58,512 nt of DNA, from positions 1 to 58,512 of the forward strand of contig JAYUEY010000042.1 of the NCBI GenBank assembly GCA_043739005.1, read 5' to 3'. The position numbers and the translations under genes were made by a program. Shown here one piece after another: positions 37,532 through 46,576 of the stretch (position 1 is its first letter; every line of letters starts with the position of its first letter). The notes beneath the pieces were generated by a model. That model was given only the letters and a program-made list of their open reading frames with translations. It did not search any database and had not been told where the DNA came from. The DNA is from Tardiphaga sp. (lineage in GTDB: Bacteria; Pseudomonadota; Alphaproteobacteria; Rhizobiales; Xanthobacteraceae).

Positions 37532-38433
37532 CACGCAACTCCCTTATTAGCGGGACGGTCGTTTCCGACATTGTTCATCACTGTGTAGAAGATCCAGCAC
37601 ACAATCAGGATGATAAGATTATAGACCAGCGACAGCGCCGCTGCCTTGCCGAGATCGAACTGGCCGAGCGCGATCTTCACCAATTCGATCGAGATGAATG
37701 TCGTCGAATTGCCGGGACCGCCGCCGGTGACAACGAAAGGCTCGGTATAGATCATGAACGAGTCCATGAAGCGCAGCAGCACGGCGATCAGCAGAACGCG
37801 GTTCATTTTCGGCAATTGAATCGTGCGGAATACAGCCCAGCGCGATGCGCCGTCGATCTGCGCCGCCTGATAATAGGCATCCGGGATCGACTTCAATCCG
37901 GCATAGCACAACAGCGCGACAAGGCTGGTCCAGTGCCAGACATCCATGACGATGACGGTCGCCCAGGCGTCGAACTCGTTGGAAACGTAATTGTAGTTGA
38001 TACCGATCTTGTTCAGCGTGTAGCCGAGCAGGCCGATGTCGGGGCGGCCGAAAATCTGCCAGATCGTGCCGACCACATTCCATGGAATCAGCAATGGCAG
38101 TGCCATCAACACGAGTGTCGCTGCAACGCGCCAGCCATCGCGCGGCATCGACATCGCGATCACGATACCGAGCGGCACTTCGATGGCAAGAATGATCGCC
38201 GAGAAGGCAAGATTGCGGCCGAGCGAGGCAAAGAAGCGCCCGCCGAGATCGCTCGACGGATCAAGCAATTCCTTGAACCAGCCGACACCGTTCCAGAAGA
38301 ACTGGTTGTTGCCGAACGTGTCCTGCATCGAATAATTGACGACAGTCATCAGCGGCAGAATGGCCGAGAACGCCACGATGGCGAACACCGGCAACACCAG
38401 AAACCACGCCTTATTGTTGATGGTCTTGTCCAT
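37531..38433 (-). CDS. glpP: Glycerol ABC transporter permease (MalF-like)
   Basis: DVWHWT, YYQAAQIDGAS, TGGGPG motifs. Confidence 0.88.
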   Translation of the reverse strand: MDKTINNKAWFLVLPVFAIVAFSAILPLMTVVNYSMQDTFGNNQFFWNGVGWFKELLDPSSDLGGRFFASLGRNLAFSAIILAIEVPLGIVIAMSMPRDGWRVAATLVLMALPLLIPWNVVGTIWQIFGRPDIGLLGYTLNKIGINYNYVSNEFDAWATVIVMDVWHWTSLVALLCYAGLKSIPDAYYQAAQIDGASRWAVFRTIQLPKMNRVLLIAVLLRFMDSFMIYTEPFVVTGGGPGNSTTFISIELVKIALGQFDLGKAAALSLVYNLIILIVCWIFYTVMNNVGNDRPANKGVA

Positions 38434-39527
38434 CACACCGGGTCCTTAGAGGGTTGTCCTTCGACAAGGCGACTGTCGCTGTAGACATGCATACGGGTGG
38501 GATCAAACACGAGGCCTGCTTCGTTGCCGGGGATCGAGAAGCCCGCGGGCACGCGCGCCGCGAATTTCACGTCACCAACCCGCACGCGAGCAAACCTGAT
38601 GCGGCCGAGGTCGTCGATGCGCTCAATAGTCGCTGACAGCAATCCCGGCGCGGGCGGCGCGACGGTCACGAATTCCGGACGTACACCGATCTCGATATGG
38701 CCCGTGAGGGCGTCGTAGCTGCGATCGAGCGCGACTGCATGACCACTGATCCGCGCTTCGCGGCCTTGCACCTCTGCGGGCACAATGTTCATGCCGGGCG
38801 AGCCGATGAAGTAACCGACGAACGTATGTTCAGGCTTGTCGAACAATTCCTGCGGCGTGCCGCTTTGCACGACGCGGCCATCATGCATCACGACCACCGT
38901 GTCAGCGAACGTCAGCGCCTCGGTCTGGTCATGCGTGACATAGATCATCGTCAGATCGAGTGCGCGATGCAGCGCCTTGAGCTTCGAGCGCAATTCCCAT
39001 TTCAGTTCGGGATCGATGACGGTCAGCGGCTCGTCGAACAACACGGCCGCGACGTCGGAGCGCACGAGACCACGACCGAGCGAAATCTTCTGTTTGGCGT
39101 CGGCGGTGAGGCGCGTGGCTTTGCGGTCGAGCCATGGCGTGAGGTCGAGCAGTGCCGCGATTTCCTTGACGCGGGCATCGATCTGCGCGCGCGGCACGCC
39201 GCGATTTTTCAGCGGAAATGCCAGATTCTCGCCGACGGTCATGGTGTCGTAGATCACCGGGAACTGAAAAACCTGCGCGATATTGCGCGCCTGCGTCGTG
39301 GCCTTGGTAATGTCGACGCCATCGAACAAAATCTGCCCGCGCGAAGGTGTGACGATTCCGGAGATGAGATTCAAGAGCGTGGTCTTGCCGCAACCCGACG
39401 GACCAAGCAACGCATAAGCCCCGCCTTGTCGCCATGTCATCGACATGGGCTTGAGTGCATAAGACTCAAGCGGCGCGTCATTGCCGGCGTAGGATTGGGC
39501 GAGATCGACGAGATCAATGCGGGCCAT
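38433..39527 (-). CDS. glpT: Glycerol ABC transporter ATPase
   Basis: GPSGCGKT, degenerate signature LTADAKQK, FDEP, YVTHDQ, TOBE-like tail. Confidence 0.88.
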   Translation of the reverse strand: MARIDLVDLAQSYAGNDAPLESYALKPMSMTWRQGGAYALLGPSGCGKTTLLNLISGIVTPSRGQILFDGVDITKATTQARNIAQVFQFPVIYDTMTVGENLAFPLKNRGVPRAQIDARVKEIAALLDLTPWLDRKATRLTADAKQKISLGRGLVRSDVAAVLFDEPLTVIDPELKWELRSKLKALHRALDLTMIYVTHDQTEALTFADTVVVMHDGRVVQSGTPQELFDKPEHTFVGYFIGSPGMNIVPAEVQGREARISGHAVALDRSYDALTGHIEIGVRPEFVTVAPPAPGLLSATIERIDDLGRIRFARVRVGDVKFAARVPAGFSIPGNEAGLVFDPTRMHVYSDSRLVEGQPSKDPV

Positions 39528-39536
39528 GATGCGTCC

Positions 39537-40616
39537 TCACATCGCCGCAGGTGCGGCGACCAGACGGTCGGCCGCATCGAACACGAAGAGATTGTCGGGA
39601 TCGAGTACGGCGTCTAGCGTATCGCCGGGCTGAAATTCATGAACGCCCGGCAACACTGCGACCCAGTTGGTGTCATCACGTTCCAGATGCACAAAACTCT
39701 CCGAGCCGGTAATTTCCGTGACTTTCACGATCGCCGTAAATGCATGGCGGCCCGCGATGCCATTCGCGAGTTCGAGCTGATGCGCGCGAAAGCCGACGCG
39801 ATACGGGCCGTCCTGCAAATCCGCATAGAGCCCGCTGGCGGGAGCTTCCGTGCCACCGGAATAGCGGATTGCGTTGTTCTTTTTTTCGATTCCAACGATG
39901 TTGAGCGGCGGATCGGAAAACACTTGTGCGACGCGCATCGTGTCCGGCTGCCGATAAACGCTCGCCGTATCGCCGATCTGTAAGGCGCGACCTTCCCACA
40001 GGCAGACGGTGCGACCGCCGAGCAAGAGCGCTTCGGACGGTTCTGTCGTGGCATAGACGAAGATCGCGCCAGATGCCGCGAAGATGCGCGGCAGTTCGGT
40101 GCGCAGTTCTTCGCGCAGCTTGTAATCGAGGTTGGCCAGCGGCTCGTCGAGCAAAACAAGGTCCGCGCCCTTCACCAGCGCACGCGCGATCGCGGTGCGC
40201 TGTTGCTGACCACCGGAGAGTTGCAGCGGCGTGCGCTTGAGAAACGGCTCCAGACGCAACAGCGACGCAGCTTCCTGCACGCGACGCTCGATTTCGTCGC
40301 GCGGCTTGCCCTGCACACGCAACGGCGAGGCGATGTTCTCATACACCGTCAGCGACGGGTAATTGATGAATTGCTGATAGACCATAGCAACGGATCGCTT
40401 GCGGACATCGAAGCCCGTCACGTCCTTGCCATCGACCGTCACCCGGCCTTGGGTCGGTTTGTCGAGGCCGGCCAACAGCCGCATGATCGAGGTCTTGCCG
40501 GACAATGTCGGTCCGAGCAGCACGTTGAGCGTGCCGCGCTCAAATGTCAGCGACACATCGCTAATCGTCGGAATGCCATCGACGCTCCGGCTGACGTGAT
40601 CAAGCGAGACGCTCAT
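39537..40616 (-). CDS. glpS: Glycerol ABC transporter ATPase
   Basis: GPTLSGKT, LSGGQQQR, LLDEPLANLD motifs. Confidence 0.88.
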   Translation of the reverse strand: MSVSLDHVSRSVDGIPTISDVSLTFERGTLNVLLGPTLSGKTSIMRLLAGLDKPTQGRVTVDGKDVTGFDVRKRSVAMVYQQFINYPSLTVYENIASPLRVQGKPRDEIERRVQEAASLLRLEPFLKRTPLQLSGGQQQRTAIARALVKGADLVLLDEPLANLDYKLREELRTELPRIFAASGAIFVYATTEPSEALLLGGRTVCLWEGRALQIGDTASVYRQPDTMRVAQVFSDPPLNIVGIEKKNNAIRYSGGTEAPASGLYADLQDGPYRVGFRAHQLELANGIAGRHAFTAIVKVTEITGSESFVHLERDDTNWVAVLPGVHEFQPGDTLDAVLDPDNLFVFDAADRLVAAPAAM

Positions 40617-42157
40617 GCGGCACCTGTCGCGCGTCGCTGCGCGGGTTGTGGCTGGGCGCGATGCGACACCAGCCAGTCGTCCAGCGCGGCCACTTGATCA
40701 TGGCTCAGGCGCAGTCCGAGCTTGGAGCGCCGCCAGACGATGTCTTCAGCACTGACGGCCCATTCATGCGCGATCAGATACTTCACTTCGCTCTCGGTCA
40801 GCGTCGCACCGAAATCAAAGCCGAGATCGGCCATGGATTTGGCATTGCCGAGCAGTATCGTCGCGCGGGTGCCATAGGCATGCGCCAGACGCTGCGCATG
40901 TGCACTGCTGAGAAACGGATAATTGCGCTGCAGTTTTTCGGCGAGCGCCGCGAAGCCCTGCACGTCGAAATCGCCGCCGGGCAACGACGCCTGCGCGGTC
41001 CAACCCTCTTTGGCGCGATCACCCTTCAGCCATGGCGCGAGACGCTCGATCGCTTCTTCGGCGAGGCGACGGAATGTCGTGATTTTGCCGCCATAGATCG
41101 ACAGCAGCGGCGCGCCGTTTTGTTTGTCGAGTTCGAATACATAATCGCGCGTCGCCGCCTTGGCTTCGCTAGCGCCGTCATCGTAAAGCGGCCGAACGCC
41201 GGAATAGGTCCACACCACATCGGACGGTTTGACGGTTTTGGCGAGATAGCCGCCGACGGCCTCGCAGAGATAGGCGATCTCCTCGTCGGTGGCTTTGACA
41301 TCGGCCGGATCGCCGCTGTAGTCGCGATCGGTGGTGCCGATCAGCGTGAAATCGCCTTGATAAGGAATCGCGAAGACAATGCGCCCATCTGCGTTCTGAA
41401 AAATGTAGGCGCGGTCGTGATCGTAAAGTTTCGGCACGACGATATGCGAGCCCTGCACGAGCCGCACTTTGGCCTTGGTGTTTTTGCCCGCACTTGAGGA
41501 CAGCACATTTTCGACCCACGGACCTGCGGCGTTCACCAGTGCGCGGGCGCGAATGATGCTGGTCTTGCCATCGATCATGTTCTGCACTGTGACCTGCCAG
41601 ATGCCGTCCGTCTGGCGAATATCGACAACGCGGCTGCGCGTGCGGATGTCCGCGCCGCGATCCGCGGCATCTCGTGCCGTCAGCGCGACGAGGCGCGCGT
41701 CATCGACGAAGCAGTCGGAATACTCAAAGCCGCGCGTGAAGCGCCCGGGAATCAACGGCTTGCCGACCTCGTCATGCGCGAGATCGAGCGAGCGCGTCGC
41801 CGGCAGCAGCTTACGGCCGCCGATATGGTCGTAAAGGAAGAGCCCGAGCCGCAGCAGCCAGGATGGACGCAGGCCGGCGTGATGCGGCAGCACGAAGCGC
41901 AGCGGACGGATGATATGCGGCGCGATTTTCCAGAGGATTTCGCGCTCGATCAGCGCCTCGCGCACCAGGCGAAACTCGTAATATTCTAGATAGCGCAGGC
42001 CGCCATGAATGAGCTTGGTCGACCAGGACGAGGTGCCGCTGGCAAGATCTTTCATCTCGCACAACACAACGGAATTGCCGCGCCCGACCGCGTCGCGCGC
42101 GATGCCGCAGCCATTGATGCCGCCACCTATAATTGCAAGGTCGAAAATCTGATCCAA
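40613..42157 (-). CDS. glpD: Aerobic glycerol-3-phosphate dehydrogenase
   Basis: IGGGINGCG, STKLIHGGLRYLE, GVRPL, GGKITT, WRRSKLG. TTG start with GAGGG RBS. Confidence 0.96.
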   Translation of the reverse strand: MDQIFDLAIIGGGINGCGIARDAVGRGNSVVLCEMKDLASGTSSWSTKLIHGGLRYLEYYEFRLVREALIEREILWKIAPHIIRPLRFVLPHHAGLRPSWLLRLGLFLYDHIGGRKLLPATRSLDLAHDEVGKPLIPGRFTRGFEYSDCFVDDARLVALTARDAADRGADIRTRSRVVDIRQTDGIWQVTVQNMIDGKTSIIRARALVNAAGPWVENVLSSSAGKNTKAKVRLVQGSHIVVPKLYDHDRAYIFQNADGRIVFAIPYQGDFTLIGTTDRDYSGDPADVKATDEEIAYLCEAVGGYLAKTVKPSDVVWTYSGVRPLYDDGASEAKAATRDYVFELDKQNGAPLLSIYGGKITTFRRLAEEAIERLAPWLKGDRAKEGWTAQASLPGGDFDVQGFAALAEKLQRNYPFLSSAHAQRLAHAYGTRATILLGNAKSMADLGFDFGATLTESEVKYLIAHEWAVSAEDIVWRRSKLGLRLSHDQVAALDDWLVSHRAQPQPAQRRATGAA

Positions 42158-42240
42158 CGACGTTCCCTCGCATCATTCCAGCTTTAATGCCCGAATTTGA
42201 TGCATCGCAACATAAGCCAATTGCGCGTTGAGCGTTTTGG

Positions 42241-42288
42241 CTTTCGGGTCGGACTAAATCACAACGCCAAACGAAAGCAATCCGAAAG
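42241..42288 (-). promoter_or_regulatory. Putative GlpR operator (tandem CTTTCG repeats)
   Basis: Minus strand CTTTCGGA-TTG-CTTTCGTT (11-bp period) plus an inverted CTTTCGG at 42241. Resembles the TTTCGTT tandem motif of alphaproteobacterial GlpR. Confidence 0.55.
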
Positions 42289-42297
42289 ATTGCTGAA

Positions 42298-43125
42298 TTA
42301 TTTGGCAATCCCCAGCCGGACGATGGGCGTGTCGATATCGTCCGCCGCCCGCGCGCTCCCCGCCATCGCCTCGATCACGACGATATTCCGCGCGTCGCAA
42401 ATGTCCTGCAACGACTTGGGCAATGCGACATCGGTGACGAAGGTTTGGATCTGGCCGAGATGCGCAATGCGCACCGGCGCACTGCGGCTGAGCTTGGTCT
42501 GGTCCGCAACCAGCATCACGCTGCGGGCATTGGCGATGATCGCCTGCGCCGCCTGCACCTCGCGGTAGTCGAAATCTAAAAGTGCACCCTCTTCATCGAT
42601 CGCTGATGCACCGATGATCGCGTAATCGACTTTGAACTCCGCGATGAGATTGTTCGCAGACGAGCCGATCACCGCGCCGTCTGCGCGCCGCACGGTACCG
42701 CCGGCGACGATGACCTCGATGCGCGGATGCCGATAAAGAAGCATCGCGACGTTCAGATTGTTGGTGATGACCAGCAGGTCTTCATGCGAGGTCAGCGCGC
42801 TGGCGACCTCCTCCGTCGTCGTGCCGATATTGATGAACAGCGACGAGCCATTAGGGATTTGGGCAGCAGCGGCGATGCCGATCGCCTTCTTTTCTTCAGC
42901 GGCCACGAAGCGCCGCGCCTCGTAAGCGAGATTTTCGACACCCGATGCCACGATCGCGCCACCATGGATTCTGGTGAGAGCGCGCTGGTCGCAAAGGTCG
43001 TTGAGATCCTTGCGAATCGTCTGCGCGGAGACCTCGAAGCGCCGCACAAGGTCTTCGACCATCACGCGGCCGAAGGCGCGGGCCATGCCGAGAATTTCAG
43101 ACTGGCGATGGGTCAATCCGGTCAT
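42298..43125 (-). CDS. glpR: DeoR-family glycerol regulon repressor
   Basis: VSAQTIRKDL HTH, RIHGGA, FINIGTT, ITNNL; upstream of glpD. Confidence 0.93.
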   Translation of the reverse strand: MTGLTHRQSEILGMARAFGRVMVEDLVRRFEVSAQTIRKDLNDLCDQRALTRIHGGAIVASGVENLAYEARRFVAAEEKKAIGIAAAAQIPNGSSLFINIGTTTEEVASALTSHEDLLVITNNLNVAMLLYRHPRIEVIVAGGTVRRADGAVIGSSANNLIAEFKVDYAIIGASAIDEEGALLDFDYREVQAAQAIIANARSVMLVADQTKLSRSAPVRIAHLGQIQTFVTDVALPKSLQDICDARNIVVIEAMAGSARAADDIDTPIVRLGIAK

Positions 43126-43177
43126 GAGTCACCTTGCAACAATTTTTCTGCATGGTGATGACATCGGCGGCTGCGGT

Positions 43178-45274
43178 CTAGCGAAAATTCTCCCACCCTG
43201 CATCGGGCCGGAACCGCTCGCCATGCGCATCAGCCAGCAGATGCATCGTTCCGACGACGCTTTGGATGCCGCGTTGCCGTGCGTAGTTCAGCGGCCCACC
43301 ACGGAACGGCGCATAGCCCGTGCCGAAAATCATCGCCCCATCGACCACGTCGGCATTGTCAACGATACCTTCGCGCAAACAGGCAACACAGACATTCGAC
43401 ATCGGCAGGATCAGCCGGTCGATCATCTCTTGCGAAGGCTCCGGCGTGCTAGACGAGGGCTCGGATTTTTGTGCCTTGCCGTCGATCCAGGTGTAGAAGC
43501 CGCGGCCTGTTTTCTTGCCGAGTTCGCCGCGATTGACCATGTCGCGCAGCCACGCCGGAGTCGGCGGCAGCAGGTCGCCGTAATGCGTGCGCAGCATGTC
43601 ACCGACAGCGACACAAATATCGAGCCCGACCTGATCGGCGAGTTCAATCGGCCCCATCGGCATGCCGAACTTCTCGGCCGCAGCATCGATGGTGGCCTTG
43701 TCGAGCTTCTCTTCGATCATCATGATCGCTTCGAGCATGTAAGGCGTCAGCGCGCGGTTGACGAGGAATCCGGGTGATGACTTCACCGGTAGCGGCAAGC
43801 GATCGATCGCGCCGACAAATGCCAGCGAGCGTGTCTTTATGTCCGGATCGGTGCCGTCATGATCGACGACCTCGACCAATTGCAGCCGCGACACTGGATT
43901 GAAGAAATGCAGCCCCAGAAGTCGATCAGGCTTTCTCAGCGCGCCACGCAAATCCTGCAACGGAATGCTCGACGTGTTCGTCGCAAGGATCGCGCTCTCC
44001 TTCATGCGCGACTCAAGCCCGGCGAAAATTTTCTGTTTCAACTCGCGATTTTCAGACACCGCTTCGATGATGAGATCGGCATTGCGCACGCCGTCTCCGT
44101 CGAGATCGGGGATCAAACGATCTAGCGCGTCTCGCTGGTCGGTGCGCTTGCGGATGATCTTGGAATATAGCTGCGCCGCGCGTTTGATTGCGCCAGCGAT
44201 CGGTTCCGGCTTCATGTCTGCGAGCGTGACCCGCATACCCTGATGTGCGCACCACGCCGCGATATCTCCGCCCATGGCACCGGCACCGATGACATGAACG
44301 TGGCTGATGTCATTGCCCTTGCCAGCAATGGTCTTCATCTGCTCGCGCAGGAAGAACACGCGGATCAGGTTCTGCGCCGTCGGCGTAACCATCAGCCGCG
44401 CGAAGGACGTCTTCTCCGCCGATAGCATCGCGTTACGGTCGCCACCGTGATGTTCCCATAAATCAATCAGCGCATAGGGCGCGGGATAATGCTGGCGCGG
44501 CGCGGATTTCTCAGCTTCCGCACGCATCCGCGACGCCAGAAGGCGGCGCACCGGGCCAAAGTTCATCACCGACACCATGGGTGATTTTTTCGCCCGTAGA
44601 ACGCGGCCGAACACGGCGTCTTTGATCGCGCCTAGCACATGCCGTTCTTGTGTCACGGCATCAATGAGGCCGAGCGCCTTGGCCTTGCGCGCATCGATGG
44701 TCTTGCCCGTCAACATCAGCATCATCGCTTGCATCGGGCTGACCAGTTGCGTGAACCGCACGGTGCCGCCGAGGCCGGGATGCAGGCCGAGCATCACTTC
44801 GGGGAAACCGAACTTGGCATCTTCGATCGCGATCCGCGTTTTGCAGGCGAGTGCCACTTCAAGGCCGCCGCCGAGACAGAAACCGTGGACCACGGCAACG
44901 CTCGGAATAGCGATCGCCTCAAAGCGATCAATGACGGCGTGGGCGCGTGCAATCTCCGCCTCGACTGCCACAGGATCGCTGGCGCCGCGAAACGCATTGA
45001 CGTCCGCGCCGGCGATAAAGCCTGACGCCTTCGCCGAGCGGATCACGATTCCGACAGGTCGTCGCGCCAAAAGCACGGTGAGGATGGCGTCAAATTCCTC
45101 CAGCACATCTGCCGAGAGCGTATTGGCGCTGGCATCAGCACGATCAAACAGAATCCACGCGATGCCGTCGCTATCGCGCGTGAGTTTGAAGTTGCGGTAG
45201 CTGCCTTCGCTTTCTTTTTTGGGCCCGAGTTCGAGCACGCGGTCGCTCAGCGCGTCCATAATCTTTGAATGCAT
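43178..45274 (-). CDS. Multifunctional enoyl-CoA hydratase / 3-hydroxyacyl-CoA dehydrogenase (FadJ/FadB-like)
   Basis: FIAGAD, CLGGGLE, PEVMLG, GAGAMGG, ATNTSS, LHFFNP, PMGP motifs. Confidence 0.93.
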   Translation of the reverse strand: MHSKIMDALSDRVLELGPKKESEGSYRNFKLTRDSDGIAWILFDRADASANTLSADVLEEFDAILTVLLARRPVGIVIRSAKASGFIAGADVNAFRGASDPVAVEAEIARAHAVIDRFEAIAIPSVAVVHGFCLGGGLEVALACKTRIAIEDAKFGFPEVMLGLHPGLGGTVRFTQLVSPMQAMMLMLTGKTIDARKAKALGLIDAVTQERHVLGAIKDAVFGRVLRAKKSPMVSVMNFGPVRRLLASRMRAEAEKSAPRQHYPAPYALIDLWEHHGGDRNAMLSAEKTSFARLMVTPTAQNLIRVFFLREQMKTIAGKGNDISHVHVIGAGAMGGDIAAWCAHQGMRVTLADMKPEPIAGAIKRAAQLYSKIIRKRTDQRDALDRLIPDLDGDGVRNADLIIEAVSENRELKQKIFAGLESRMKESAILATNTSSIPLQDLRGALRKPDRLLGLHFFNPVSRLQLVEVVDHDGTDPDIKTRSLAFVGAIDRLPLPVKSSPGFLVNRALTPYMLEAIMMIEEKLDKATIDAAAEKFGMPMGPIELADQVGLDICVAVGDMLRTHYGDLLPPTPAWLRDMVNRGELGKKTGRGFYTWIDGKAQKSEPSSSTPEPSQEMIDRLILPMSNVCVACLREGIVDNADVVDGAMIFGTGYAPFRGGPLNYARQRGIQSVVGTMHLLADAHGERFRPDAGWENFR

Positions 45275-45279
45275 GATGT

Positions 45280-46563
45280 CTACACCGTCTCGATCAGCAT
45301 CGCACCGCCGAGCCCGCCGCCGATACATTCGGTGGCGATGCCCCGCTTAGTGCCGAGGCGCTTCATCGCGTTGACGAGATGCAGCACGATGCGATTTCCG
45401 GACGTGCCGACGGGATGACCGAGGCTGATCGCGCCGCCATCGACATTGAGTTTGGCGCGATCGAGTTCGCCCGCCGCGCCGTCGAGACCGAGTACCTTGC
45501 GGCAGAACGTCTCGTCATTCCATGCTTCAAGGCAGCCGAGCACCTGCGTCGCGAACGCCTCGTTCAATTCCCAGGTCTCGATGTCATGCAGCGAAAGGTG
45601 GTTGCGCGTCATCAATTCAGTCGCGGAAATAACAGGCCCAAGCCCCATCACGCTCGGATCAAGCGCTGACCACTGGCTGTCCACGATGACAGCTTTCGGC
45701 GTGAGTTTATGTTTTTCGACGGCTTCTTCAGAGGCGAGGATAGTCCATGACGCGCCATCAGTGATTTGCGACGAATTGCCGGGCGTCACCTGCCCCCATG
45801 GCCGCTCGAAAACCGGCTTCAGCGCGCCGAGTTTTTCGACCGACGAATCTCGTCTTACGCCGTCATCATGATCGTAGAATTTTCCGCTGCGGTCGAACGC
45901 GGTCTCAACTTCATTCTTGAGCCAGCCTTCGGCCTGCGCACAAGCGAGCCGCTTGTGGCTCTCGACGGCATAGGCGTCGGATTGCGCGCGGGTGATGTTG
46001 AACAGATGTCCGACGACCTCTGCCGTTTGGCCCATATTCAGATCGGTGATCGGATCGGTGAGGCCGCGTTCGAGACCGATAATCGGCTTCAGATATGACG
46101 GGCGCAATCTGAAGGCCGCCGCCGCTTTGGCCGCGACCCCTTTTGCGGTCGCGAGGCCACCAAACCAACGCACGCCCTGCTGCGGCCAGACTAGAGGCGC
46201 ATGACTCAGCGCTTCGGTGCCGCCGGCGAGGATCATGTTGGCGCTGCCCTCGCGGATGGTGCGGTAGGCCGTATCGATCGACTGCATGCCGGAGCCGCAA
46301 TTAATCTGTACCGTGAACGCGACCATCGCCTCGCCCATACCCAGACGAAGAGCCGCGACGCGCGCCGGATTCATCTCGTCGGCGATGACGTTGACGCAGC
46401 CCAGGATCACGGAGTCGAATGCGCTCGACTTGAACGGCTGACGCGCCAGCAGCGGGCGGCCGCACTGCACGGCGAGATCGACCGGCGTGAAGGGACCGGG
46501 ACCACTGCTCGCTTTCAGAAATGGCGTGCGAGCGCCGTCGACGATATAAACAGGCCGTGTCAC
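45280..46563 (-). CDS. Acetyl-CoA C-acyltransferase (thiolase, FadI-like)
   Basis: GTG start; RTPF, NCGSG, NEAFA, GGAISLGHP, CIGGG motifs. Confidence 0.93.
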   Translation of the reverse strand: MTRPVYIVDGARTPFLKASSGPGPFTPVDLAVQCGRPLLARQPFKSSAFDSVILGCVNVIADEMNPARVAALRLGMGEAMVAFTVQINCGSGMQSIDTAYRTIREGSANMILAGGTEALSHAPLVWPQQGVRWFGGLATAKGVAAKAAAAFRLRPSYLKPIIGLERGLTDPITDLNMGQTAEVVGHLFNITRAQSDAYAVESHKRLACAQAEGWLKNEVETAFDRSGKFYDHDDGVRRDSSVEKLGALKPVFERPWGQVTPGNSSQITDGASWTILASEEAVEKHKLTPKAVIVDSQWSALDPSVMGLGPVISATELMTRNHLSLHDIETWELNEAFATQVLGCLEAWNDETFCRKVLGLDGAAGELDRAKLNVDGGAISLGHPVGTSGNRIVLHLVNAMKRLGTKRGIATECIGGGLGGAMLIETV

Positions 46564-46576
46564 GAAAGTTTTGCCA

